A stretch of 63,675 nt of DNA, counting the filler, from Octopus bimaculoides (Eukaryota), in the NCBI RefSeq assembly GCF_001194135.2. It is 6 parts of 6 records of this genome, joined end to end, with 100 filler letters (N's around TTAATTAATTAA, not from the genome) between each part and the next. Parts side by side here need not be neighbours in the genome. Positions count along the whole stretch, not along the records: positions 28,551 to 41,434 come from NC_068996.1; positions 41,535 to 44,089 come from NC_068991.1; positions 44,190 to 53,790 come from NC_068982.1; positions 53,891 to 58,557 come from NC_069006.1; 2 more parts are not named here. The stretch is one strand, 5' to 3'. A program made the position numbers and the translations under genes. Below, in pieces: positions 41,100 through 53,974 of the stretch. A model generated the notes under the pieces. It saw nothing but the letters and a program-made list of their open reading frames with translations. It had not been told where the DNA came from and did not search any database. Position 1 is the first letter of the stretch. Each line of letters opens with the position of its first letter.

Positions 41100-41434
41100 T
41101 TACACATGATGAATGGGAGAAAGAGAGCCTGCCGTATGTCGACCCAATAGAGGGACCAGCTATCCGAGTTGATAGTACCAGGGTAGATAAAGCAATTAAG
41201 AGTATGAAGACCGGGAAAGCCCCCGGCCCATCAGGAATCACTGCAGAGATGCTCAAAATATCTGGCAGTGTTGGCTATAGCCTAGTCACCCGTATTACGA
41301 ACCAGGTGATACACGAAGGAGTCATACCCAATGACTGGTGTAGCAGCATCATAGTCAACTGCTACAAAGGTAAAGGTGACACTTTAGATACAAATAATTA
41401 CAGAGGCATCAAGCTGTTAGATCAGGTTATGAAA
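41100..41434 (+). mobile_element. RTE-clade LINE fragment, same family, less diverged
   Basis: Uninterrupted MKTGKAPGPSGITAEMLK...NDWCSSIIVNCYKGKGDTLDTNNYRGIKLLDQVMK up to the join. Confidence 0.9.
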
Positions 41435-41534
41435 NNNNNNNNNNNNNNNNNNNNNNNNNNNNNNNNNNNNNNNNNNNNTTAATTAATTAANNNNNNNNNN
41501 NNNNNNNNNNNNNNNNNNNNNNNNNNNNNNNNNN

Positions 41535-41760
41535 GACCCTATCGAAGGCTTTAGACTGATCTAAATTGATCAAAGCCCCACCCGCGCCAGCTTCGTTACC
41601 CACTCTCTCTATGATGTAGCGCATGAGATGGAGGTTGTCGTGAATAGATCTGGTCGGCACAGCGCATGTCTGCGCCTTGCCGATCAGTTTGCCCACGACA
41701 GGCGCCAATAATAATAATAATGGGGTGACAAACGAAAAGATCCATGGTGGAAAAGAAGAA
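41535..41760 (-). mobile_element. L1/Tx1-clade reverse transcriptase fragment
   Basis: QTCAVPTRSIHDNLHLMRYII...ALINLDQSKAFDRV, the L1/Tx1 form of RT motifs 2-3. Cut by the scaffold join. Confidence 0.8.
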
Positions 41761-41765
41761 TACAA

Positions 41766-42810
41766 GTGGGGTTAGACATGCTCTCGAAGGGCATTTCTGT
41801 GTTTGACCGAAAAGAGAAGGGGGAACTTATAAGCGAACAACAATACAGGGCACTGAAGAGGAAGTATGGTAGTGAAAGAAAGGGCCTGAAAGTGGTAATA
41901 GAGGAACTGAAACAGCGCCTAGTTGCAAAGGAAACAAAGATGGTAAGATACGACCAAAGAATGAAGGGTTACCACCAGAATAGGTTATTCAGAGTAGATC
42001 AAAAGAGATTCTACAAAGAAATAAATAGAGAGTGTACAGATGAAAAGCTGATACCAGATAACATTGAAAGTCAAAGGTTTTGGAGTGACATCTGGAACGA
42101 AAACCAGAAGCACATGAAGGATGCTGAATGGTTGCAAGAACTGAAACAAACAGTAGTCTGTCCAAAACAGAGAGAACAAGTCATCTCGGTTAGGGAAGTG
42201 AAGGAAATCAGCCAAAAATGGCCAACTGGAAGATCCCGATACCACTTGGAGTTCAAGGCTACTGGATCAAAAGATTTGGTAAATATCATGCACGAATATC
42301 TGCACAGCTCAACACCTTGTTAAATGTCGACCAAGTAACACCAGAATTGTTGACAATGGATAGGACAGTGCAGTGCTTGAAAAATATCGAAAAAGGCAAT
42401 GCAGTAGACACTTATAGGCCGATATTCTGCTTGCCACTTATGTGGAAATTATTGACTGGAATAGTCTCAGAGCCAATGTATGGACATCTGGAAAATGTAT
42501 GGGCATCTGTCACATGGGCAGAAGGGTTGCAAGCGTAAGTGCAGAGATACCAAGGATCAACTCGTAGACAAAAATGCACTTAGAGACTACAATAGGAGGA
42601 GAAATAACTTAGCTACGTCATGGGTCGATTATCGTATGACGTACGATATGATCTAGCATTCTTGGATTATGGAATGTATGAACCTATTTGGTACTGCATC
42701 GAATGTTGAGCGATTGCTTGGAAAAGTATGGCGAATTGGAGGACGGACCTGACAGCATATGGAAGAAGTTTAGGGGCAATAGAAATCAGGAGAGACATCT
42801 TCTAAAGGGA
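41766..42810 (+). mobile_element. R4/Dong-like retrotransposon, N-terminal RT region
   Basis: EELKQRLVAK...QNRLFRVDQKRFYKE, then YRPIFCLPLMWKLLTGI and a degenerate QKGCKRKCRDTKDQL...WVDYR. Frameshifted. Confidence 0.85.
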
Positions 42811-42949
42811 TTGCCTGTACCACTGTCACGTGTGAAAAGGTAAGTTGTGCGGAACCCATGTCCTAGTAGTCTTCTAATATTGTGACAGGGAGGACATATC
42901 GTAAACTACCAGGTGTCGCCTCTTGAAGTAGGTATTCAGGAATGTTAAA

Positions 42950-43629
42950 CCTGTTACAAGGCCCACTCTGAAGGCTGTTCATAAGTAGAAAAGACTGAAA
43001 TGGGAAGGGGAATACAGGAAGATAGATTTTTCAACAGTTCTATTCACTGACGAATGCCGTGCTACCCTTGACGGACCAGATGGTTGGAGTAAAGGTTGAG
43101 CATCAATCATCGTGAACCGTCATCATTTGAGACGCCAACAGAAGGGAGGTGCGGTCATGTTTTGGGCTGACATCGTTGGTGGTATGATGGTCGGGCCAGG
43201 GGAAGTCCCCGATGGCATTAAGATGACATCGAAAACATATATTACCTTCTTAAAAGAAAATTTCCAACATTGGTTCAAAAAGCAAAAACTTTCATTCAAG
43301 AAAAAGCTGGTTTTCATGCAAGACAATGGCCCATCTCATGCAGCGAAGAATTCTAAGGAATACCTGCAGCGAATAGGTTTCTCTGGGGGTCGTTTGATGG
43401 AGTGGCTACCTTGTTCCCCTGACTTAAACCCGATCGAGAACCTGTGGAGTACTCTGAAGAAGCGCGTTCAAAAAGATGGACGGCAGTTTTCAAGTAAAGT
43501 TGGCCTCTGGGATGCTATTGTAGATGTTGTTCAAAGCATGACACAACAGGATATCATCACTTTGACAAATTCAATGGGTCAGTGCATAAGAAAGATTATT
43601 GCATGTGGAGGATCATACGTGTATGAGTA
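42950..43629 (+). mobile_element. Tc1-like transposase fragment, DD37E (TRT-like)
   Basis: VLFTDECRATLDGPDGW, then FMQDNGPSHAA...SPDLNPIENLW, with 37 residues between the second D and the E. Confidence 0.85.
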
Positions 43630-43641
43630 GTTATATGTACA

Positions 43642-43687
<46 letters not shown>

Positions 43688-43878
43688 TGTGTGTGTGTTT
43701 GTATGTGTTTATGGATCAATGAATATATATAAATGCATGTATATATCTATGCATGTGTGAGTGTGTATAAATCGTATATATACATCAGCGTTGGAGGTGA
43801 GGATGTATACACACACACGTATATATAATGTGCTCCAGTAGTGCTTTGTCCGTGTTCGTTAAGAGAAAACAAGCAAAA

Positions 43879-43952
<74 letters not shown>

Positions 43953-43970
43953 TTGTTGTTGTTGTTATTG
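43879..43970. repeat. (TAG)n-(TTG)n compound microsatellite; (CA)n, (GA)n, (TA)n, (TATG)n and (CAT)n tracts occur throughout the window
   Basis: Direct inspection. Confidence 0.95.
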
Positions 43971-44479
43971 TAAAAATTGAAACATGGGATTCAGAACAAA
44001 TATGTTTACAAGTTCCCTAAACGTAGAAATATCTTTTTAAAAGGACAAATAAATAAATATCAAAATAATTTAAACAGAGATTTCTGTTTNNNNNNNNNNN
44101 NNNNNNNNNNNNNNNNNNNNNNNNNNNNNNNNNTTAATTAATTAANNNNNNNNNNNNNNNNNNNNNNNNNNNNNNNNNNNNNNNNNNNNTATATATATAT
44201 ATCTATATATACATACATATACCAACATACATACACATACATACATACACATACATACATACACAAATATACATGCACACACATTTACACACATACATTT
44301 ATCCGCTTGCATGCCCAGATATCGAGATAGGAGAGTTAAAAATTAAAGATTACCAAACAAGATGGAGATAAAGGAAAGTTAAGTAGCATTGTTGGGGATT
44401 ACCTAAGGGGTGTTGTGGATATATGCTCTATGGTTATTTAGGTTACATTTATATTTGAGTTAAAATTTGAAGGTATGAA

Positions 44480-44880
44480 AAAAGTAGTGGTTGAATGTAA
44501 TTAGGGCCTCATTATATTTATTTAGTAGTGTCGAGGAGTTGTGTTTTAATATGTAGAATGCTTCTTTTAGGCATAGCTTATAGGTTAAGCGTTGACGTTG
44601 GTATGGAAACCCTGAATCTATTATGGACCATGACAATATGTAGGGAATAATCCTATTTTTGAGATGACGTATGTGACTGGCGTGTGTTGTGGATTTACTG
44701 TGTTTCTTGTTCTAAAAGAATTGAGATGAGCGGCATATCGTTGTTTAAAATTAATGGTTGGTCTTATATATATAGCTCTACAATTGTGTAATGTGTTGAA
44801 GACCGTGCATTCATAAATTACATTGATATAGTTTCGGCTCACCAGTTGTCGCTATTTGTTGTTGCTACGTAATTTTTACA
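44480..44880 (-). mobile_element. Penelope-like element, GIY-YIG endonuclease end
   Basis: NVIYECTV...IYIRPTINFKQRYAAHLNSFR, followed in another frame by ILSWSII...YKLCLKEAFYIL. Confidence 0.7.
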
Positions 44881-44899
44881 TCGTTAATTCTTTTTAGAA

Positions 44900-45640
44900 C
44901 TTGACCTTTGATGCACGAGGGTGTTTGACGCCACTGCTCTCATTTGCACTTCCTTCTCTGACGTTGGTTTATCTGGGATTCTTAACAGTAAGAGATCTAG
45001 AGATCTAGTTTTGATTTGAAGGCATCTATATCTACCCCATGTAGGACTCTCAAGTGCTTCAGGAGGATATTGAATAGCTATGGGCCTTTAAAGCCCAGGC
45101 TATTGCAATGATTTGCCCTATATTTTGATGGCAAAGTTGGAGTCTTTGGCACTATGCAGTGGTGCCCTGTTCTTGCGTTAGTGTAACTCTCAATGCCAAA
45201 TTTAGGACAAGTCCCTCCAGGATCTCTTAGATGTATATTACGGCATTTCTTTCCCGCCCACACTCCAGGGAATAGAGTCTCAATCTCTTGAGTCTTTCCC
45301 AGTAGCTTAAATGCTGGGCCTTTCTCTCCAGGACACATTTATATCATATGACTTGCATTACAGGTGTGAATTATTGAAGTTTCATGTCGATGTCCGTGAG
45401 AAGAGACATTTAGGCTGGTTTTGTATGAGGATCTCTTTCTTAATTTGTTTCCAGTTTGCCTTATGGAAGTTCAAACTGGAAAGATTTTGAGAGTTTCTTG
45501 TAGGCTGCATGTCCATGGCTTCCTTTGATTCGTACATGGTCAGCTCTACCATATTGTGATCTGAGAGTAGCGCTGGGGTCACTTCCACATTTATAGCATC
45601 AGGTAAGGCTAAAAATTTAGACACAGCCTGAACCAATCTT
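44900..45640 (-). mobile_element. APE-type LINE relic: endonuclease end joined to ORF C-terminus
   Basis: LSDHNMVELT...LNFHKANWKQIK (APE end), followed within ~100 nt by GHHCIVP...CNSLGFKGP (C-terminus). No RT core in between. Confidence 0.65.
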
Positions 45641-46744
45641 TGGTCGAAATATATCTAAGTTATGTAAGTACTAAATCTAATTTAAAGAGTCGAGCCCTCT
45701 CTGGGGTTGGTTCTAGGTTTGCATAGGCATAAAAATAGAATACAAATGGGGTTTAAAATTTACCATACCTCATCGTGTAGAATTTTATTGATGCATTCAT
45801 CATTTAAAGATTACATGATAGCATCATAACATATATATTCCACCATCTTCAGGTAAAATTTTAAACGAGTAAGATATCAAACAAAGAAGATAATACTTTG
45901 ATCGTGACGAATTTAACCAATATAGCGAACTTACAAAATCTTTATAATCTCAACAGCATATATATATATATATATANNNNNNNNNNNNNNNNNNNNNNNN
46001 NNNNNNNNNNNNNNNNNNNNNNNNNNNNNNNNNNNNNNNNNNNNNNNNNNNNNNNNNNNNNNNNNNNNNNNNNNNNNNNNNNNNNNNNNNNNNNNNNNNN
46101 NNNNNNNNNNNNNNNNNNNNNNNNNNNNNNNNNNNNNNNNNNNNNNNNNNNNNNNNNNNNNNNNNNNNNNNNNNNNNNNNNNNNNNNNNNNNNNNNNNNN
46201 NNNNNNNNNNNNNNNNNNNNNNNNNNNNNNNNNNNNNNNNNNNNNNNNNNNNNNNNNNNNNNNNNNNNNNNNNNNNNNNNNNNNNNNNNNNNNNNNNNNN
46301 NNNNNNNNNNNNNNNNNNNNNNNNNNNNNNNNNNNNNNNNNNNNNNNNNNNNNNNNNNNNNNNNNNNNNNNNNNNNNNNNNNNNNNNNNNNNNNNNNNNN
46401 NNNNNNNNNNNNNNNNNNNNNNNNNNNNNNNNNNNNNNNNNNNNNNNNNNNNNNNNNNNNNNNNNNNNNNNNNNNNNNNNNNNNNNNNNNNNNNNNNNNN
46501 NNNNNNNNNNNNNNNNNNNNNNNNNNNNNNNNNNNNNNNNNNNNNNNNNNNNNNNNNNNNNNNNNNNNNNNNNNNNNNNNNNNNNNNNNNNNNNNNNNNN
46601 NNNNNNNNNNNNNNNNNNNNNNNNNNNNNNNNNNNNNNNNNNNNNNNNNNNNNNNNNNNNNNNNNNNNNNNNNNNNNNNNNNNNNNNNNNNNNNNNNNNN
46701 NNNNNNNNNNNNNNNNNNNNNNNNNNNNNNNNNNNNNNNNNNNN

Positions 46745-46778
<34 letters not shown>

Positions 46779-47089
46779 CGTACATGCTATACAACATATA
46801 CATACTTTCATTTATATATATGATTATTAAAACACGCTGCTGTTTATTTAATCATTTCAGAACAATTCACGTGTGACAACAAAAGAAAAAAAAAAGCAAT
46901 ATAGAAAAAAAATATATAATATATTGTAAAATCAGCACTTCCCGTTTGGAATATAAAGAAGACTGTACGATCTAGTGAAGTTGAGTCAACATTGAAAACT
47001 GATTCAGCAATATTTGTGAAATGAATGCTTAAATTTCTGAATTGCTGGTGTATCAAAAACGAAAACAGTATTTAAAAAAGAATTTGTAA

Positions 47090-47830
47090 ACAAAATTTCA
47101 CATCAACGGATGGATGATTTAACAAGTGAGAGATGTAAAAGAATAATGCGCACAGGCACGTTATTGTTGTGGCAAAAAATGTTGAAGATTTTGAAAACTT
47201 TATTAGATGACGTGTGGATTAAGACAGAATGGCTAAACATTACAGTTGAATATTCTTCTAGTAGAAAGAAAGGATGGTTTACTTTTTATGCAATGCCTGA
47301 GAATGCTGATTTGTCTAAAAATGAAAATGTCAAAGGATTTAAATCCTTAAAGGATCGTGTGACAAGGTTTTTTTTCTTGTACTGTTATGAAGGGAGAGAA
47401 ATCGGAACCGCTAGTAATCGGTAGTAGTAAAAATCGTCAGTGTTTGAAGGATGTTCTAAGTTTAACGCTTGATTTGTGTTCTAATGAAAATGCGTGGATA
47501 GCTACAGCTTCTTTAAAGAACTGGTAGTCTAAATGGGATTTGAAGTAAAAACAAAAAAAATTGTTTTCTTATTTTACGATTGTATGAACACAAATAATTT
47601 CCCATTAAATAACATATTAATTTTCTTCCCTTTCAAGTAATGCATCGTTAATGTAATCATGTGACCAAGCCTTCAATTGAGATTTGAAAGTTTATTCTTG
47701 AAGAAAAATTTGTTCTAGCATTTAAATTCGATGATATTCAACGCCAAGTGAGAAACGGAAATCCTTTATTGAAGCATTTCATATGTTTGCAATATCATAG
47801 AAACGAGTTTCAGAACAGAAAAATTTAAAT
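47090..47830 (+). mobile_element. pogo/Tigger-like (DDE_1) transposase relic
   Basis: Frameshifted segments FYAMPENADLSKNENVKGFKSLKDRVT and EPLVIGSSKNRQCLKDV...SNENAWI, typical of pogo/Tigger/CENP-B DDE domains. Confidence 0.7.
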
Positions 47831-48795
47831 TACTTCAAAATAAGCAGTGATAAAATTCTTGATATAGGATGACGGGTGTTTGAAAATTTTTGGCTGTCGA
47901 TGATATAGTTGCGGTGAGACTATAATGACAGTGTCGAAAACGCGTGGTGTGTGTGTGTTTCTTTGTGTGTGTGTACTACCTCGCCGTATACGCACAGACA
48001 CCACCCACACGCACACACATATACATACACATATACAGTTATAAAGAACTACTAACCACACCCTCTCAATAGAAAGACGATGAAAGGAAAAATACTTTGA
48101 CAATATATCCCAAAGACACACATATGCACACGCACTCACAACAAAAGTGGCAAAGGATTCCAACGTAATTCTTTGAATATCCATCCTTAAAAAATATTTA
48201 ATCACTAAACCATTCTCTCTCAATGGGAAAATATAAAACGAAAAATATTTTTGACTATATGCTCTAAACACACACACACACACACANNNNNNNNNNNNNN
48301 NNNNNNNNNNNNNNNNNNNNNNNNNNNNNNNNNNNNNNNNNNNNNNNNNNNNNNNNNNNNNNNNNNNNNNNNNNNNNNNNNNNNNNNNNNNNNNNNNNNN
48401 NNNNNNNNNNNNNNNNNNNNNNNNNNNNNNNNNNNNNNNNNNNNNNNNNNNNNNNNNNNNNNNNNNNNNNNNNNNNNNNNNNNNNNNNNNNNNNNNNNNN
48501 NNNNNNNNNNNNNNNNNNNNNNNNNNNNNNNNNNNNNNNNNNNNNNNNNNNNNNNNATTATAAGATGGATACATCGAAACCAGATAAATTTTAAATCACT
48601 GTAACAAAAATATTAAACATTCTCTAAAATATATTTCTGTGCCTTTTCCAACTTTATATATATATATATATATGTACATATATATATATTGTTGTATTTG
48701 GGGATGGTCATGTTGCCAGTTTAGCCAATAAAACACACGCACTATATATTTGGTGTTAATTTGCTTCAGCTTCATTTTTACATTAATCGTATTTC

Positions 48796-48840
48796 GGCCT
48801 GAGTTCTTTCGTCACACTTCTGTAACCTCATCAGTGGTCC
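48796..48840 (-). ncRNA. Minimal hammerhead-like motif with degenerate helix I
   Basis: Minus strand GGACCA-CUGAUGA-G-GUUAC-AGAAGU-GUGAC-GAAA-GAAC-UC-AGGCC. Core and 5-bp helix II intact; helix I weak. Confidence 0.55.
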
Positions 48841-48984
48841 TTTGTTTTCTTCTTTCCTATTTGTGTGTCTTTCTTTACTAACGATCAGCCATTTTGTATT
48901 TTGTATTCCTATTGTATGTGTCTATTGTATGTGAATTCATTACAGGTTTGGGTAGCTACAGATGTTGTGGGCAACGCCGGGTAT

Positions 48985-49027
<43 letters not shown>

Positions 49028-52000
49028 ACAAGCTATTGTCGGTTTCTCTCTACCAAATCCACTCACAAGGCTTTGGTCGACCCGAGGCTATAGAAGAAGA
49101 CACCCACTCAAAGTGTCACGCAGTGAGACTGAAACCGGACCATGTGTTTGGGATGCAAGCTACTTACCACACGTCCACGCATGCACGCATGGACGTATCT
49201 TACCACAGACCCACGCCTCTGTGAACACGCTTTTGTGCGTGTGTGTTCTTGCCAAAGTTTACTCTTAGCTTGCTATACCTATTACCTCGTTCATATTATA
49301 TGAACATACAGGACACAGGGTTTATGTACATGTTATTCCTTAGTAAACCAATACAAAGAATATATATGCATGTATACACATATATGTACATACTTACATC
49401 TACATGTGTATATAGATGCATATCAGGGTACAGGACGTTAGAACAATGAACTACAGACAACGGAACGAACACATAGGAAAACAGATAGCCACTTGGAATT
49501 ATTCCTTCATCAGCTGCCTCTATTCTAACTCGACGTTTCGAAGATAAGGCAGAACGTACTCTAGAATAGTCTCTTCCTGAGTAATGTGTGTGTGTATGTG
49601 CGTATGTGCATGTATAAGGAAAAAAATCAGAAAATGCAGGAATCTTTTAAAAGTATTTTTTAACTTTACCGGTTTCACTTATTTAGAAAGATTTTCAAAT
49701 ATATGTAAAGTGCGAGGCTTTGTGTATCCTCTGTGATGAGTCGAAAAATAGTTTACATAAAAACATTCAGATCAGGTAAAAAAAGAATCTTTCACAATAA
49801 TAAGAAGGTAAAAATTAGTTTACATAAATATATCCAAATCAGCGTTTTTGACAAGAAAATAAAACGTGTCTGGTTTGCCAATCAGTGGGTGCTAAAGTTT
49901 CATTCTCATTGTGATCAGAAGCCATAATTGTTTGCAGCATCTTAAATTGAAAAAGAGGTGAGTAGAAAAATAACACACCATTTATAGTTCTCGGATCTGG
50001 TTGTAGGGTCTCGCATATATATATATATATATATATAAATACATGAATATGTGTATGTATATAAGTGTGTGTGTCTATACACATGTGTATACACGTGTCT
50101 ATGTGTGTATAGACACACATACATATGCTAAAATGATAGGAAAATACAATGGATAGAAGAAAATGTAGTTGTAAGACAGGTCATGAAGATAAAATGAGTT
50201 TATAATATTAGATATGAGATGTGTACAAATGTAAGCACCATATTTAAATGTCCAATTCCTGTCAAAATCCACTTGAATTTCCAATCTTCAAATTTTATCT
50301 CTTGTAATCGCCTGAATCAGATAGATATGTTTTACATGAGAATTTATTTACGCGATAGAATGTCTTTAATACTAAGTGACAAGGAAAAGTTAAAAGTGTA
50401 AAATTCATAGTTTTCGAAAAATTGCATTAGAAATATAATGAATTGGGCTTAATACAATATAGCCAGTCATGACTTAGGAAACATATATGGCTTGTTTTCC
50501 CGTGCTTTCGCTAGTTGTTTCAAATGTCTGTGTAGTCACGCGCAGTATATAAATAGCTTCTCAGATCCCTTAGCTTTGAACTGCAATCTGGAGGGAAAGA
50601 GGCAGTTGCCCTAGAATCTAACCGATATTCAATCGAGGTAAATAGACTTGAATAACGTAAAATGAAGTGCCTTGCTCATGGATTCAATGCATCTCCGGAG
50701 CGAAATCGAAAGCAGGTCATTTTCAAAGGGTAAAAACCAGGAGCTTAATTGCTATTTCACGGACTTCATTACGAATACATGTAATATATTTATTTCATTT
50801 GAGCATATCGACAAACCTGAAGTTCTAAGAGGAGCACGAGATATATTTCGTTCACGCTATTATTATGATCAATAGCGGGCGTATGGAATACATTGAAAAA
50901 AAAATCGAAACTACTTTGCAGATGAGCTCAACTTATCCTCCACTTAATAATTGTTTCCACATTGTGATTAAATTATTGGTTGTATTTATCAGAAGAGAGG
51001 CGATCAAAGGTGTCTCCGAATAACGATGTAATATCCCTGACAACATACAATATGGTAATATAATCATTGCTTACATTTCAGTGTTTTATGAAAATTGAAA
51101 AGTTTTTCAGTGCATTGACTCATTGAAGCTATATCGATTCTTGTTTACCGGTAATACCCGTGATTTATACTACTAATTTATTTGTATGTATGTATGTATG
51201 TATGTATGTATGTATGTATGTATGCGTTTATGTACGTGCGTATGTATGTATGTATGCACGATGTATATNNNNNNNNNNNNNNNNNNNNNNNNNNNNNNNN
51301 NNNNNNNNNNNNNNNNNNNNNNNNNNNNNNNNNNNNNNNNNNNNNNNNNNNNNNNNNNNNNNNNNNNNNNNNNNNNNNNNNNNNNNNNNNNNNNNNNNNN
51401 NNNNNNNNNNNNNNNNNNNNNNNNNNNNNNNNNNNNNNNNNNNNNNNNNNNNNNNNNNNNNNNNNNNNNNNNNNNNNNNNNNNNNNNNNNNNNNNNNNNN
51501 NNNNNNNNNNNNNNNNNNNNNNNNNNNNNNNNNNNNNNNNNNNNNNNNNNNNNNNNNNNNNNNNNNNNNNNNNNNNNNNNNNNNNNNNNNNNNNNNNNNN
51601 NNNNNNNNNNNNNNNNNNNNNNNNNNNNNNNNNNNNNNNNNNNNNNNNNNNNNNNNNNNNNNNNNNNNNNNNNNNNNNNNNNNNNNNNNNNNNNNNNNNN
51701 NNNNNNNNNNNNNNNNNNNNNNNNNTGTGTGTGTGTTCTCTCACGGTATTGCCATCTTGGTTGTTGTTGTTGTTGTTGTTACTATCGTTGACACTGCCGC
51801 TGCTGCTGACCGTGATAGATGCGTTGTTGACATCGTTATGGTCGTCCATGAAGTTTCATGTGTGTGTGTGTGTGTGTGTGTGTGAGTGTGTGTGTGTGTG
51901 TATGTGTGTGTGTGTCTGTGTGTGTGTGTGTGTGTGCGTATGAGATCGCTTCGTATGTGTCCATGCATTTATATAGTTTTATTATTTATTTTATCTACCT

Positions 52001-52706
52001 CTGTCTTACATTTATTACAGGTATGTGGAAGATATATTTATATATTTATTTATTTATCTCTTTACATATTTATATGTTTACTTATCTTTTTTATACATCT
52101 GTCTCTATTTCACAGGTAAGTGCATATATATATATATCTATTGTGTGTGTATTACCCTGTATGCTTCTGTTTATTATTTACGGGTTCTTTTTGTTTCCTT
52201 TCTCTTTCTCTACACATCCCTAATGTCTTTAGGCTTGTGGTGTGTTACTTTTCTACTCATGTTTTCTATCGAGGCTTGACCTGTCTACTGTTATGTGTGT
52301 AGATTCTGTAATCTGTCTAAGTGTCGTATCGGTTCTATGAGTCGATGGTACTTTAACCTCTATGCTATTAATCGAGCCTCCATGTTCAGCCTCAGGATGT
52401 TGGTAGAGCACTGACGAGCTTTTCCCTTTTTTGAGCTTTCGCCAATGTGTAACTGTACGGTCTCCTACCGTTTTTTCTTTTTTTTTTCTCGGGGCTTAGA
52501 ACTGCAGCAGCACAATGGGGTGAGAGGATGGAGCTGAAGAGAAGGCCATGTTGCTGCTAAAACTATGACACACACTCAAGCATACATAGACACGCACATA
52601 CACACACGCACACACACACACAAGGACACAAAGGCGTGCGCACATAAGGATACACATCTCAAAAGAATAGAATGAAGTGAAACAAGAACACACACGGAAG
52701 CGAAAA

Positions 52707-52751
52707 GTATCGTTGAAGAGGTCACAGAAGTGTGACGAAAGATTTCCGGAC
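52707..52751 (+). ncRNA. Minimal hammerhead-like motif, same family as 48796-48840, core mutated
   Basis: GUAUCG-UUGAAGA-G-GUCAC-AGAAGU-GUGAC-GAAA-GAUU-UC-CGGAC. Same helix II and loop as the 48.8-kb copy; C3 is changed to U. Confidence 0.5.
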
Positions 52752-53310
52752 AATGGACATAAGTTAAAATATTTAAAGAAGAACAGTAATAAACAGTGAA
52801 GAAAAACAATAAATANNNNNNNNNNNNNNNNNNNNNNNNNNNNNNNNNNNNNNNNNNNNNNNNNNNNNNNNNNNNNNNNNNNNNNNNNNNNNNNNNNNNN
52901 NNNNNNNNNNNNNNNNNNNNNNNNNNNNNNNNNNNNNNNNNNNNNNNNNNNNNNNNNNNNNNNNNNNNNNNNNNNNNNNNNNNNNNNNNNNNNNNNNNNN
53001 NNNNNNNNNNNNNNNNNNNNNNNNNNNNNNNNNNNNNNNNNNNNNNNNNNNNNNNNNNNNNNNNNNNNNNNNNNNNNNNNNNNNNNNNNNNNNNNNNNNN
53101 NNNNNNNNNNNNNNNNNNNNNNNNNNNNNNNNNNNNNNNNNNNNNNNNNNNNNNNNNNNNNNNNNNNNNNNNNNNNNNNNNNNNNNNNNNNNNNNNNNNN
53201 NNNNNNNNNNNNNNNNNNNNNNNNNNNGTGTTTATTTGAAAAAAAAGACTATCCCGAAATATAACAATACCTGTTTCAACACCCGATTTCAACAAAACGA
53301 ATTGATAAAC

Positions 53311-53353
<43 letters not shown>

Positions 53354-53890
53354 GGTATAATATATGATATGATATAATATATATTATTATGTAATAAAAT
53401 ATAATACAATGGAGCAATGACAAAGAAGATTGGAGAATTATACATCTAACTTGATGTTCATTAAACTTGAACAAAGCTTAAAGGAATGTCTACCCCAGAT
53501 GAAAATGTACTGCAACTGAAACGACTACATACACGTAAATACCAAATTAAAGAAAATTACGACACTTATGCAGCAGAAACACGTGTCGGATTGGAATGTG
53601 AATTTAATAAGAATAAACCACTAATGAACATGTTCTGGAGATTCGTAATTCTCCATTCTTCTTTAACATGTTTGTATGTATGTATGTATGTATGTATGTG
53701 TATGTATGTATGTATATGTATGTATGTATGTATATATATGTATGTATGTATATATATGTATGTATGTATATATATGTATGTATGTATGTANNNNNNNNNN
53801 NNNNNNNNNNNNNNNNNNNNNNNNNNNNNNNNNNTTAATTAATTAANNNNNNNNNNNNNNNNNNNNNNNNNNNNNNNNNNNNNNNNNNNN

Positions 53891-53929
<39 letters not shown>

Positions 53930-53974
53930 ATATATATATGCATACACACACACACACATAAATGTATATACATA

